Assembly: GCF_963506605.1 (NCBI RefSeq)
Contig: NC_083283.1
Location: 34,782,001-34,846,000, forward strand
Reading direction: 5' to 3'
DNA from: Zootoca vivipara
Taxonomy: Eukaryota
Length of the DNA stretch: 64,000 nucleotides
The position numbers were made by a program, and so were the translations under genes. Shown piece after piece: positions 36,921-49,132 of the stretch. Every line of letters begins with the position of its first letter. Positions within the stretch are counted from its first letter, which is position 1. A model generated the notes under the pieces. That model was given only the letters and a program-made list of their open reading frames with translations, did no database searches and was not told the origin of the DNA.

Positions 36921-37315
36921 CTAGGAGACTGGAGAAGCTCAAAGAACAATGGAAGAGAAGGAGAAGAAAGGCAGGATTTTGGCGTCCTTCCTGTTGGGGG
37001 GAGGGACGGTGAGTCAGACTGATCAACTACTGTTAATGTGAGCAGGCTGAAAGCTGCATTCTGGATGTGCTTTTCTTGTAAATAAACATACATAAAACTT
37101 ACAGAGAGTCACCTCTGCTTATCAGGCTGCTTGCCTGCCAGAGATCATTAGATTGTGTAAACCAATTCCTTCCCCTTACCATGCTAAAGTTATTGTGAGG
37201 AGGGGTCCCATTTATACATGATAGTAAATTTGTCGGGAGGTTTAGAGAAGAGCAAGAGAAGAGAATAATCTGAAGAGATTGCCCGCCTGCCCCCAATAAC
37301 TTTAAGGTTTCTGAG

Positions 37316-37741
37316 CAAGGGCGTACCCACCACGGGGCAAGTTAGGCAGGTGCCCTACTCTAGAAGCAGGGCTGGTGGGCTCCGCCTCCGCCCACCAGCC
37401 CTGCTTCTAGGGAGGGGCACAGCCCGGCGGAGCGCGAGTTCGCCGTTCCCGCCCGCCGCGCTGCGCCCTCCTTCCAGCTCCCCGTCGCGCCCTCTGGCAA
37501 GGCCAAGCGCGGCGGGGAACCAGAGGGCCCGGCGCGGCGGGCGGGAACGCTGAACTCGCGCTCCGCTGGGCTGGGCTCCGCCTCCGCCCACCAGCCCTGC
37601 TTCTAGGGAGGGGCACAGCCCGGCGGAGCGCGAGTTCAGCGTTCCTGCCCGCCGTTCCCGCCCACTTTGTGGCCCCTCCCCTTCCGTGCCTTGGCCCCTC
37701 CCCTTGCCCCCCCCCTAGTTTTGATCCTGGGTACGCCCATG
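37316..37741. mobile_element. hAT MITE (426 bp) with fold-back interior
   Basis: TIRs CAAGGGCGTACCCA / TGGGTACGCCCATG; perfect 8-bp TSD TTTCTGAG at 37308-37315 and 37742-37749. Confidence 0.92.
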
Positions 37742-38190
37742 TTTCTGAGACTTAACATAAATAAGTATGCAAGTCAGTTTATTTAAAACTTTTTTATTTA
37801 AAATTTATTTTTCTACCACAAAGCAGGACAACTAGAAAATTCAAAATGCCATATCTTTTTAATGGTTCTTAATTTCCCCTCCCTTTCAACATCAGTGCTA
37901 TAGAATGAAGCACTAACAAATCCCATTATGTATTGGGCAAAGCTCGCATGCTTGTTCAAAGGCGATAGTGATCTGTGCCTTTATCAATCACACACTTTTC
38001 ATGCTTAAGCGGCCTTTTCCAAATCCCTCTTTTAGCTACAATGATTGTTAAGTATAGCTGGTTGCTGAAAAGAGGCGAGGATAACTTTAAATGATCTTGA
38101 TTTGCTTACCCTTTCAGTTTTCTTTAACCCACAGAAATCTGTCATACTTAGATTCACAGGATCTTGACAAAGGTTCTTTTTACCCCTAGA

Positions 38191-38296
38191 TAACATGAGT
38201 CTGACCAAACTGCGGGAAGCAGTAGAAGACAGGAGTGCCTGGCGTGCACTGGTCCATGGAGTCACGAGGGGTCGGACACGACTAAACAACAACAAC
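38191..38296 (+). mobile_element. Bov-B 3' tail fragment
   Basis: GGAGTGCCTGGCGTGC..GTCGGACACGACTAAAC(AAC)n. Confidence 0.9.
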
Positions 38297-39364
38297 TTGA
38301 GAGAGGTTTAGGTACCATGAGAGAACTTGAGCAGCTCACTTCCACACTAGATTACTGGGGAAGGGGCATAGTCCACATTCCCATCCTAGCATCTGTCTCC
38401 TGATGTGGTCATCTCACTCTGCCTAGTGACAGGAGTTGGCTCAGTCAGAAAATAAGGCAAGCGGATTAGACTTGGCCTGGAACAAATTACTGAATGATGC
38501 CACAGTTGTTGGGCGTGCTTTGCTTACATAAATAATATTTGTTTTGACTTTATTTGTGGCTTAAGTGTACGACACAACGCCACCACAGAAAATTAAAACA
38601 GAAGTTATATTTAAACATGAACTGACAAGAAGATACAGCTCTAGCAATCAGTGTCAGAGTTAGAGTTACAGCCAGCTCCTGCTGGTCTACCTTTTTGTTT
38701 CTTGACTCATGTAAGAAATCTTATAAATAAAATAAAATAAAGTGAGTAATCGCATTCTCCGGAAAGGGGGGGAGTATGGAAGGTGATCTACCTACATTCT
38801 TGCAAATCATTTTAAATTCCTAAGAGTGGACAAGAAGCTAATGGAAATTCTTGAGTGATGCTTATTAGCATAGTAATTTTTAAACAAAACTTTCCTGGTG
38901 GAAATGGGATAGAAAAGTCAACTTTGCTTTAACCTTCTACACTAAATTTCTCTTCCTTGTTGTAAAAATGATACCAGAAGATTTGTCAAAGTTTGTCTGA
39001 TGTTCCATGACACTGGATCGAAAGTGCCATTCTGCCATTGCTTGATAGTAGCCAGTGCAAAGTAATCATTAAGCAGACAGTATTATTTTCCTAATTAGTA
39101 AAAATAATTTTAAAAACTTTGGATTTCCTGGAGTTCTTTCCCGCCGAGCAATCATTTGATTTTGTTTATATTGACAAACATGCAAGTCGCAGACTGTTTC
39201 TTTAATCATTTGACAAAGGCAAATGTCTTATGCATGGGTTAAAGAAAACAATGGCATCCCCTTGCTCCCGGGTCTCCCTTTCTTGTCCAATTGTCACAGT
39301 GAGAAAACTGTACCAAGTGCAATATTCTGCAGCTGTGTTTTACTATCACTGTTGTAAATATGCA

Positions 39365-39485
39365 TCTTCAGGTCGGACTGAGAGAGGTCTGAAACCCTGT
39401 TGAGCTGCTGCCGGCCAGTGTAGACAACACTTAGCTAAGGTGTCAGTGGTCTGACACAGTGTGAGGCAGCTTCCTATGATCCTAA
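39365..39485 (+). mobile_element. Squam3-type SINE 3' half
   Basis: CTGAAACCCTG...GCTGCTGCCGGCCAGTGTAGACAACAC...GGCAGCTTCCTATG. Confidence 0.7.
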
Positions 39486-40220
39486 GAAAGCTTTAGATGT
39501 TCAGACAATGATGGACATGTCACTTCCCCCCTCCCAACATGAAGATTAATATCCATGTTAGGTGGGGTGGGGGTGGGGAGAACAATTTATGAGGTGGCCT
39601 TTAACCTCAGAGAAACAGGATGACAATTCCAACATTTCTAATGTATGGTTGCCCTTACTTCTTGCATTCCTAGGGTCACCACTTCTGCATCTTCCAAAAG
39701 CAGGAAATTAATCACCAAACAAGAAGACTAAATGTTTGTGAACATATACCACTTTATGAGTCTGCCCTAGTTTTGAGATCTTCAGTGGGGCTTTTCCCTG
39801 GTTTCCTCCCGCACCCACCCTCACAGGGGCATTTGGTAAGAAGATGAGAGAGCCTTCTCAGTGGTTGCTCCCAGATTGTGGAAGTCCCTTCTAGCCTGGT
39901 CCCCTCTCTGATTTCCTTTCAGTGTCAGCCAAAGATAAATCTTTGACCACTAACTTTCTGTTGCAACCAGGGTCTTTTATTGATGCTTGTTGCCTATTTT
40001 CTTCTCCTGTTGTGGTTTTAAATTGGTTTGATTCAATGCTCTTTTTAATATTGTAACTTATCTGCCTGTATTTATTTTAATATTTATAACTGATTGGTGT
40101 ATTTTCTAGCTGCATATACTTATGTTGTGAACTGCCTGGGGTCCTGCGCTGGGAGAAAGGCAGGATATCAAACAAATAAACAAACAAACACAAACGGAAA
40201 CTTAGAAATGTTTATTATAG

Positions 40221-40819
40221 ATTGAGGTTGAATCCTGACAAGACAGAAGTACTGTTTGTGGGGGACAGGAGGCGGGCAGGTGTGGAGGACTCCCTGGTCC
40301 TGAATGGAGTAACTGTGCCCCTGAAGGACCAGGTGCGCAGCCTGGGAGTCGTTTTGGACTCACAGCTGTCCATGGAGGCGCAGGTCAATTCTGTGTCCAG
40401 GGCAGCTGTCTATCAGCTCCATCTGGTACGCAGGCTGAGACCTTACCTGCCTGCAGACTGTCTCGCCAGATTGGTGCATGCTCTAGTTATCTCCCGCTTG
40501 GACTATGCAATGCGCTCTACGTGGGGCTACCTTTGAAGGTGACCCGAAAACTACAACTAATCCAGAATGCGGTAGCTAGACTGGTGACTGGAAGCGGCCG
40601 CCAAGACCACATAACACTGGTCTTGAAAGATCTACATTGGCTCCCAGTACGTTTCTGAGCACAATTCAAAGTGTTGGTGCTGACCTTTAAAGCCCTAAAT
40701 GGCCTCGGTCCAGTATACCTGAAGGAGCATCTCCACCCCCATTGTTCTGCCCGGGTACCGGGGACCTTCTGGCGGTTCCCTCGTTGCGAGAAGCCAAGTT
40801 GCAGGGAACCAGGCAGAGG
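40221..40819 (+). mobile_element. L2 LINE ORF2 internal fragment
   Basis: RLNPDKTEVL...VRSLGVVLDSQLSM...VHALVISRLDY; frameshifted, internal deletion near 40755. Confidence 0.92.
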
Positions 40820-43800
40820 TTCTATTGATCAATTAATGATAAAACCAACTCCATGTTGTGTATATTTTCGCACAGATGCCACATTCAAAGTTATAGTCAA
40901 ACATGAGCTGAAGGGAAAAGCTTTTTGAAAATAACATTACCAGTTTGGGCAAGCAATGAAAATTTCCTGTAATTAAGGATCATGTAAAACTGGGATTTTA
41001 AGTACACATGGAATATTTTGCTATTATCCATATTTTTCCTAGGAGATAATAGTGATAGACTATCATACACAACCACCTTCCATTGCACCTTTTAAAAAAA
41101 ATTATGTGCTTAATGTTACAGGTTAATTGGTGGTGTTTGCAAGCATCTTGTTTTTACTGGCACTTAAAATACACTGCTAGCAAATCAACCCACACCTCTC
41201 CTCAGTCAGCACCCTTACCTCCCTCGTAGTTTGCAGCTGAAATATATTAACAATGAGGGCAAATGAAATAAACCCAGGCAGCCTGGATGTGGGAGAAGAG
41301 GGAAAGGATGCCTGCAAAATTTGTATTACTTGTTTCTCATACTTCCAAGTCAGAGAGATGGGGTGGGGAGGCAACATTCCCCTTTATTCATTTTGTCAAT
41401 AGTTCAGGACGAGAACGCAAGACACAATTAAAGCATATAAGCTGAAAAATCAGGGGCACTACAGTCTTCCATTGCCCAGCCCTGCTACTCCTTTGCAAGT
41501 GGACTAATCCTCAGATGGTTTGAATCTCTCTTTTTTTAAAAAAACAAAACAAAAACCCTTTTCTCTTTTAAAGAAGCATGCTTTCGAATTTGTCTATCAA
41601 ACTGTTCAGAGAGAGGTAGAAGCTAATCGAGAATTTGCTTTCTTTTATTCTCTCGCCAGCAGCCAGAACTCCGTGAGAGACACCTTTCATTGGTTGTTTC
41701 CATCTCCTGTTTGCTGGCATCACAGTACCCTGCCTCCCTGCACCTACATCAACATCACATGTGTGAGGCTGATGGAATAAGTGATCTGAATCAGCCATCA
41801 GAACAAGCAGAGGCGTCAGTACATCAAGAGCAGTGAAGAAAAGGGGGTGGCAATTTTTTTAAAAAAAAAAACCTGCCAAGCATCAGCTGAGCCCTCTAAA
41901 TCTTGATTTTGCACATCTGCAGAAGCATGGAAAGAAATCACTATGCATGAGAAGCACCCTATTTATAACACTCTCACCCTCTTTCCTATGCAGTGTGAAG
42001 CTGTACAGGGATAAGCTTTCTCACCAAAGGATGCTTTTACCGATTCACCGTATCACACTTGCTGAAGGCCAACCTGGAATCCTGATGCAAGCAGAAAATA
42101 TTTTTGTTTCACAAAAGACCTCCACCCAAAATGGCAAAAACAACATTTATATTCCAAAGACATATTTTCCTTGTTAAAAATGTGTTATTGCAGAGGACGC
42201 AATCAAGTGATAACACTGAAAATATTACACAAAAATATCTTATATTTCACCCATTCCCTCGTTCACTAGCAACAAGAAAGTACTGTTATTGAAGTACTTT
42301 CAAAAGACCGTTGCTAAATTGAATTTTTATATTACATTGTACAAGATTTCAGCAGTCATTACAATATTCCTTTAGTCATATATGCTTAAATGTGTCCTCC
42401 AATTTTTGTATGCCACTACAGATGGATGTATAGACACAGATACATATATGAGTAGATATTAATATAACTTATGTGAGAACTATAGTAGATTAAATAATTT
42501 AAATAATTTTGCGTGATTGCTTTTTATTCTCCTTCTACACACAAAGAGTCTTTTACTCACAAAAGGCAGCTCTACTAAATTATTCTGATTTCTCCTTCCT
42601 TTAACCTTCAGGAGTGACCACTAGGGACAGAGAGGGCTATTGTGTAGGCAGATAGGGAAACCCCATTGCTTAAGCTGAATTCCTCTTGCTCTTTTGCGGA
42701 TCCAGCCCAATGAATTCAAACTCAAGCTCACATATTACACTGAACACTGGTACGAGGTGTGAATGAGTGTTTGTTTGGGAAACTGTCTCAGGAGACAAAT
42801 GGCAGAGTGTGCCTTTAGGGGTGAAGTAAAGCCATTGGAGAGTTACAACATACACTTACTGTATATGTACATCTCAACTATTTGTGTACACAGGTATATA
42901 GATTGTTCCCTCACTGGATATGAGCATGCCTTTGGGCACACCGCTTACATTCTACCACCCCAATAAAATTTCCATAGATATGGAAGACATAAGATCATTC
43001 TACTGTGCATCAAGGTATCCAGTAAAATGTTTAAACACACATTTGCATTACAAAGAACTATCATATATGTTTCAAATACAAATGCTTTACAGTGATAACC
43101 CTATAGATTGTACTCAGAAGTAACCCTTGGTAAGTTCAGTGGGACTTACTTCCAGGTAAGCAGGTGGCTGTAGTCCTCTCTGCGAGCACACTTTCACTGT
43201 GGCGCCTCGTTTCTCTGTTCATTACCCAAATTCCATAAGGGAAATTCACATAACATCCCCTCCTTATAATGTGTTAAGTCAATTCCTGAGTCCACGCCTC
43301 TCAACATCAGTGCACTCAACACAAATGCCCCTAGCAGGCACATGTTCAGCATTACTGTGAATGAGCCCTATACCCATGCAGCTGCTTGTACATGCAGCTC
43401 TTACCTGTGATTGGTAACCCTGGCCAATTCATCTCACTGAAATGATACCATGGTAGAACTGTTCAGACCCCTTCCCTATAGATCTGTTCCTTGGGAGCAG
43501 ACCAGTTGTTTATCCCCATTTTCAACCACCCCAGGGAATCCACGCATGGAACTAGTGTCACAGCCGAGGAGCCAGATGGCAGCCTAACATGATCCCTGAT
43601 TGGATTCTGTGGTCACCATCTGCACAAGGGTGAGGTGGAGGAGGGTGATGCTGTTGCAGCATCTCGTACCGTTCTACTTATTTTCAATCAGGTAGAAGAT
43701 GCCTCATATCCCTTCTCTGAATCCTGCCTTGATTACACATTAGTACAGCCCAAGTCTTCCTACTTCTCTGGCTTCCTCCCTTGGTTCCTCAACTATCCAT

Positions 43801-44258
43801 TTACAACAACTGTTTTTTTTACTAAAAGATGGCCCCTTATTCGGTCATTTGTACAATGCCCTTTGGTAGCAGCAACATAGAGTTGATTCAGATTTATCAT
43901 GGGCTGCAGGAAACATATTGTACTGTAATCCCATTCTCCAAAGCCCTTTCCAGGTGTTCCACAAACACATTGAGGATTGTGGGCCAAGCCCCTAAATATG
44001 CTGTCCAATGTCTCCTTCTGTTCTGTTTACTTGTGTCTGGGCCATGAATAGGCTTCCCATATCTTTCTAAACTTCTGTCTCCAATTCATAAGGACTGATG
44101 GTGTGTTTTTAATTCATTCTGCTTCTTGCTGGGTTAAAATTATCTTTCTCACTTGACAAGTCATTTTCAGATATTTAAGCATGAACACAGAGGGTAGGAA
44201 CTGGGATTATGCCCATGGTTCCTGATATCCACACATTAATCACCAAATAAGAAGACAT

Positions 44259-44636
44259 GGGGATGCGAGTGGCGCTGTGGTCTAAATCACTGAGTCTCTT
44301 GGGCTTGCTGATCATAAGGTCAACAGTTTGAATCCATGTGACAGGGTGAGCTCCCGTTGCTCTGTCCCAGCTTCTGCCAACCTAGCAGTTCAAAAGCATG
44401 TAGTTCTAGTAGATAAATAGGTACCACTGTGGCGGGAAGGTAAATTGCATTTCCGTGCACTTTGGTTTTTGTCACAGTGTTCCATTGCACCAGAAGCAGT
44501 TTGGTCATGCTGGCCACATGACCTGGAAAGCTGTCTGTGGACAAACACCAGCTCCCTTGGCCTGAAAGCAAGATGAGCGCTGCACCCCATAGTTACCTTT
44601 GACTGAACTGTCCAGGGCTCTTTTACCTTTACCTTT
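44259..44636 (+). mobile_element. Sauria SINE (Squam1), full length, older
   Basis: GGGATGCGAGTGGCGCTGTGGTCTAAA head to TTTACCTTTACCTTT tail. Confidence 0.9.
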
Positions 44637-44644
44637 TACATGTA

Positions 44645-44921
44645 TTTCCAAAACAATACATGAACTGAGACACAGCCATCTTTTGAAATCCGCACTTGTC
44701 TGCATTTTGAGATGCTGTTCTTCAGCCAAGTAATATGCACGAAAATGCATATACTAAAGAGTGCGTACAAATGCATATATCAGTAAAATCATATACAAAA
44801 TGAGCTATATTTTTCAAAATTGCAAAAATCATTATTATTTATTAAATGTGTATATCGCCCTTCATCTGAAGATCACAGGGCAGTTCACAACACAAAAATA
44901 CAAAATGAGAACACAAAATAC

Positions 44922-44968
<47 letters not shown>

Positions 44969-45172
44969 CCCAATAACCCCCCTCCCACAAAAATGTGCAC
45001 ATTACGCAAAGGTGCACACAAAGATGTGTACATTAGGAGAAAGTCACACTAAACTTCTTGTGAATGTCCATGAAGACTTTTTTTTATTAAAAAGGAACTG
45101 ATGTAGAAATGAATTTCAGATAGGAAAAATTAGAAATGAGAGAAACCCAAACTGACAGATTTGCCCTAGTCT
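44645..45172. mobile_element. AT-rich DNA-transposon-derived repeat with a nested SINE/L2-type tail and (AAT)n
   Basis: Repeated AAAATGCATATA/AAAATGTG motifs and GAGAAACC.AAA.TGACAGAT end shared with 25830-25973; similar motifs at 35075-35330. Confidence 0.5.
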
Positions 45173-46690
45173 ACCACTAAATTCCAATTATTCCTTTTTT
45201 ATTTTTATTTTTTAAAAAAACGAATTTCAAAAGTAACACATATTTGTGGAAGCTTTCAACCCCTCCCTCTTTTCAGTAATACTGATGATGATACCAGCCT
45301 TGCACAGTATAGCCAAGGAGTGAAATAAAAAAAAAATCCTGAGCTACTCCACATCACCGATTGTAGCGTCTCTCTGCAGTCCATTCATCTTCTGTGCTAC
45401 CATTCCTTTCTTTCATTGAAAAGATGCCAGGTCATCAGAAATTCTCTGTACTGACTCAGTGAAAAGTACAGTGCATTGCTTTCTCCGAGGGAATTGTTGT
45501 TCTCACTCCTGCAGCCTGTCTCCTGGCCGTGAGGAGCTGCATTAGGTTTCCACTTCAGTGCAATACATCTCTTTTCCATTAAAAGTGCAATTTGTACAAA
45601 CATCCTTTTATTACTTATCAATTGTTTCACCAGCAAAAACAGAACACAAAAAACTGCAGAGCTTGGTAGAAAAACCGACTGCAGAAGAAAAATCCCAGCA
45701 AGGTTGCAGGGTGTAAGGGATATTATCCAGGATGGTCCTGAATGGGAAAATAGGACCGTTTTGTTTGGCAACCCATATTAAGGGCTTTATTTCATTGGAA
45801 AAGGAATACAGATGTAGACAGGCTAATCAAATCTGTTATGTTGTTTGATCACAGAATAGTCTATTAGTTTCCTGCAGGGCCATATATATAGCATGTTCGT
45901 TTTTCTTACTTGGGTCCATGTGTTCTAAGGATAAGAACCTCTTTGAGGACAAGATGGCAGGGTAAATTCTTGCCTTGATCTGAGCCATTTCACACAGCTC
46001 CAAGCGCATGCAAATCTGGCACAGGATGCCTATGCAGTAGAGAAGTCTGCACTGCAGCTAGAGATGTGGCACGTGGTTTAGGAGAGGGAATTATCCCTTC
46101 CTTTTCTCTGATAATTACTATGCTTCTTGCGGGTGGGGAGAGAAATACTGGGGTGTTGGCTATGGGAACTTCTGTCCAGTCTCCTTAGGCATGATATTGT
46201 GCCTGGGGAAAGTGCAGCTAACAGGCAGAGTGGAAAAAATGCAATTGTTGGATTACAGAGCAGTAAATATGTTGCAGAAGCCTTTGTCATGCTAATTGTC
46301 GAAGCACATGTTTCATCAATAAAGAAGCAAGGTATGCCCAGCCCATAACTTGAAATGTCTGGTGCAAATTGTCATGCTCTGTTCTCCTCTGCAGAACCAA
46401 CATGCATTTATATAGACCTTTCTGCACTGCAATGGCTTTGCTGTAATGGTTTGCATTAGAAGGCTGGGTGCTGGAAATGGGTACAGCTACTCCCTGAGAA
46501 GACCATTGGTCATGATCCAGTGAGGAAAAACCAGCAGCAAACTGTGCAGGGCTGGCCTGCCCCTGCTAACACTGCTGGAGAAGTGAGGAGAAGGACTGAG
46601 CAGCAAAACAGGACAGGCCCATGCTGGGAATGTGTAATAGAATCACAAGCCACTGTGATAGCCAACACAAGTGGTTTGGTTACTCTTTTC

Positions 46691-47059
46691 CAGGGGTTCC
46701 CAGACTACGGCCCGGGGGCCACATACAGCCCCCGAGGCTCTTTTATGCGGGCGGCCGCTCTTACTGGTGCAGTGCAGCATGGCTGCCGACTTCCAACCCG
46801 GAAAAGCGAAGGAAATAGCTTGTGCACACACACAAGCATCATTTCTGGTGTACTTCCGGGTTGGAGGAGGCTTCTGCACATGCGCACAAGCTATTTCCGG
46901 CGCTTTCCAGGTCGGGAGTGTGCAAGAAATAGCATTTGCGCATGGGCGCGCACAGCCACGTGCTCCTGTGCCCCCGCTGCACTCCCCCACCCTCCGGCCC
47001 ACCACGCAATTGGCGCGGCGGGCATCCGGCCCAAAGCCGGGTAAGTTTGGGGACCCCTG
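46691..47059. mobile_element. hAT-Charlie MITE (369 bp, CpG-rich)
   Basis: TIRs CAGGGGTTCCCAGACT / AGTTTGGGGACCCCTG; TSD CTCTTTTC/CTCTTATC. Confidence 0.88.
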
Positions 47060-47120
47060 CTCTTATCTGTTCCCTTCTGCTGTTCTCCTTTAAAACTGAA
47101 GTCACTGTGTATCTCTAGAA

Positions 47121-47329
47121 CAGTGGTTCCCAGCCTTTTTCTTTTGGCCATGCCCCACCTAAGCATCTCTAAAATCCTCATGCCCCCGCCCCCCCATGAT
47201 ATATAATTCTTATTATTCAAAAAGTGATCTCCTATTAACGTGGAGGAAGCCTAAAAGGCCACTCACTATTAATAACTCAATCTTGAATTGCCTCCCTGTT
47301 GGGTGTGTGCCCCACATTGGGAACCATGG
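47121..47329. mobile_element. hAT-Charlie MITE (209 bp)
   Basis: CAGTGGTTCCCA / TGGGAACCATGG; TSD CTCTAGAA/CTCTAGAC (NTCTAGAN Charlie target). Confidence 0.85.
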
Positions 47330-47604
47330 CTCTAGACCCATTCTGGTTTGGTCTCCTCTGCAATACACTTTATACATGATTGCAGCATAATTTATGCATC
47401 TCAGTCCAACACTGACATCTACATGCATGCTATGTTTAATCGTTTTAGCATTCAGTTGTCAGTGGAGGATTATCGCATCCTAAGTTGCTGCTAGCTTTAT
47501 ATGTTGAGATTTTTAGGTTGATCTTTTTCAAGGAACTGCAATTGCACAACATTTACAGCCTCTCTCTATGCATAGAGCCTCAGCCAAGTGATGGCAGACT
47601 AAAT

Positions 47605-47935
47605 GGAAGGAACATAACTCAATGACAGAACACATGCTTTGCACCCAGAAGGTTTGAGGTTCACTCCCTGGCGTCTCCACATATAACTGGGAAACACTGT
47701 TTTCTGAAACCCCTGGAGGGCTACTGCCAGTCAGTGTAGACTGGCTGGTGGGGAACCTGCAGCCCTCCAGATGTTGTCGGATTCCAGCTCCCATCAGTTC
47801 CAGCCAACATGGCCAGCAGTCAGGGATGATGTTATATTCCAGGAGCTTGTAGAGATTCCTCATTGTTGCTACAGCCAATACTCAGCTAGATAGTCCAATG
47901 GACTGACTTGGTTTAAGACAACTTTGTATATTCCA
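47605..47935 (+). mobile_element. Squam3-type SINE with nested hAT-Charlie MITE (about 47742-47870)
   Basis: tRNA-like head (ATAACTCAATGACAGAACAC..GGTTCACTCCC), CTGAAACCC..CCAGTCAGTGTAGAC, insert, then AATACTCAGCTAGATAGTCCAATGG. Confidence 0.7.
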
Positions 47936-48920
47936 TACAATTGGCACTTGCCACGTAATTCCCACCAAGACGACAGCTTCCCACAACGTCACATTCTCCA
48001 GCAAATTAAGAAATGGTGTGCAACTTGATCCATGTTTTGCATCATGGGGCAAACTGCTTCACAAAGCTTTGCTGGACCATCTCATGCTTTCATGGAGAAT
48101 AGATTTTATGAGCCACAATAGAACATCCATGTTCACAGGCTGATGCTAGGAGACAAACAGGTGCAGATGGCTTATTTCTTTCATGCTGAGTTTGTGGACA
48201 CCTGGCTGAGCTCTATGTGCTATTTTGGTCAATGGTAAATTGGTCACAGATGTCAGCTAAGTCAAGGTGTTAGCTCTTCCTGATGGGCCTCTCATTGCTA
48301 TTGCAGTGGATTTTATTTTCATCGCTGTGAAATGGTATCTGTAGCACACACCTCAAGTAAAGGAGATCCCACTACTCTTGACCCACAAAAAGTACAGTAA
48401 AGAAGTTATACACACATGCTTAGAAAGTTATCATTTTCCTCCCTTCCTTCTTTATAATTTTAACCCACTCTTCATCCAAGGAACCCAAAGAGCCCCCTCT
48501 CTCTCTCGCTCTCCCTCTCACAGACACACATTTGAAGGGTGATTTGCAGCCTAATGTGCAATATAAGTGCTATGTAAATATTTACCCTTGCTTTTTAGGA
48601 TCCACCTCATTTCTATTATTGTAAGTTGTTTAAAACTGTTTTTAATATTATATTGTATTGTATTGTAATTGTTGTAACTCACTCAGGAACCTTATGATGA
48701 AAGACGAATAACAGCAAAAACAACAATAGAAAAAAGCACTATAAATACTGTACTAGGGATGTGCATTGGCTTCATGTGTGGTGTGAATAATGAGGTGAAT
48801 TAAGGGGAGGGTCTTTCCACATTCCTGAGTAGGTGTGCTGTCAACAATTTCCTCCCCAGTCAGACCAGAGCCTCCACAAAGGCTTGGATCACTCTGTTGT
48901 TCTGAATAAATATATATATA

Positions 48921-49095
48921 CTAGTATCATGAAGCCCGTTAAATTAACGGGTACTAGAATTAATTAGCGGGGTTCCCCCCCATGACTCACCCACCGCCAC
49001 CACCTCAGCCCCTCACTCAGTCCCTTCCCCGCCCCCCGCCAGCTGCCTCCTCAGCTTCCTCTCTCCCTCCCCATTTCCCACCCTCTTTTTCTACT

Positions 49096-49132
<37 letters not shown>

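Larger units (their letters stand above)
35935..37152 (+). mobile_element. Probable solo LTR (Gypsy-like) interrupted by a hAT MITE
   Basis: Starts TGTCAGG like the LTR at 62378-62819, purine-rich body, AATAAA at 37081; right terminus and TSD degenerate. Confidence 0.5.

Noticed and set aside
36236-37093. 285-aa and 251-aa ORFs with 24-aa repeats
   Set aside because: Produced by a GC-rich 72-bp (multiple of 3) tandem array inside a TSD-bounded MITE; open on both strands, no domain.
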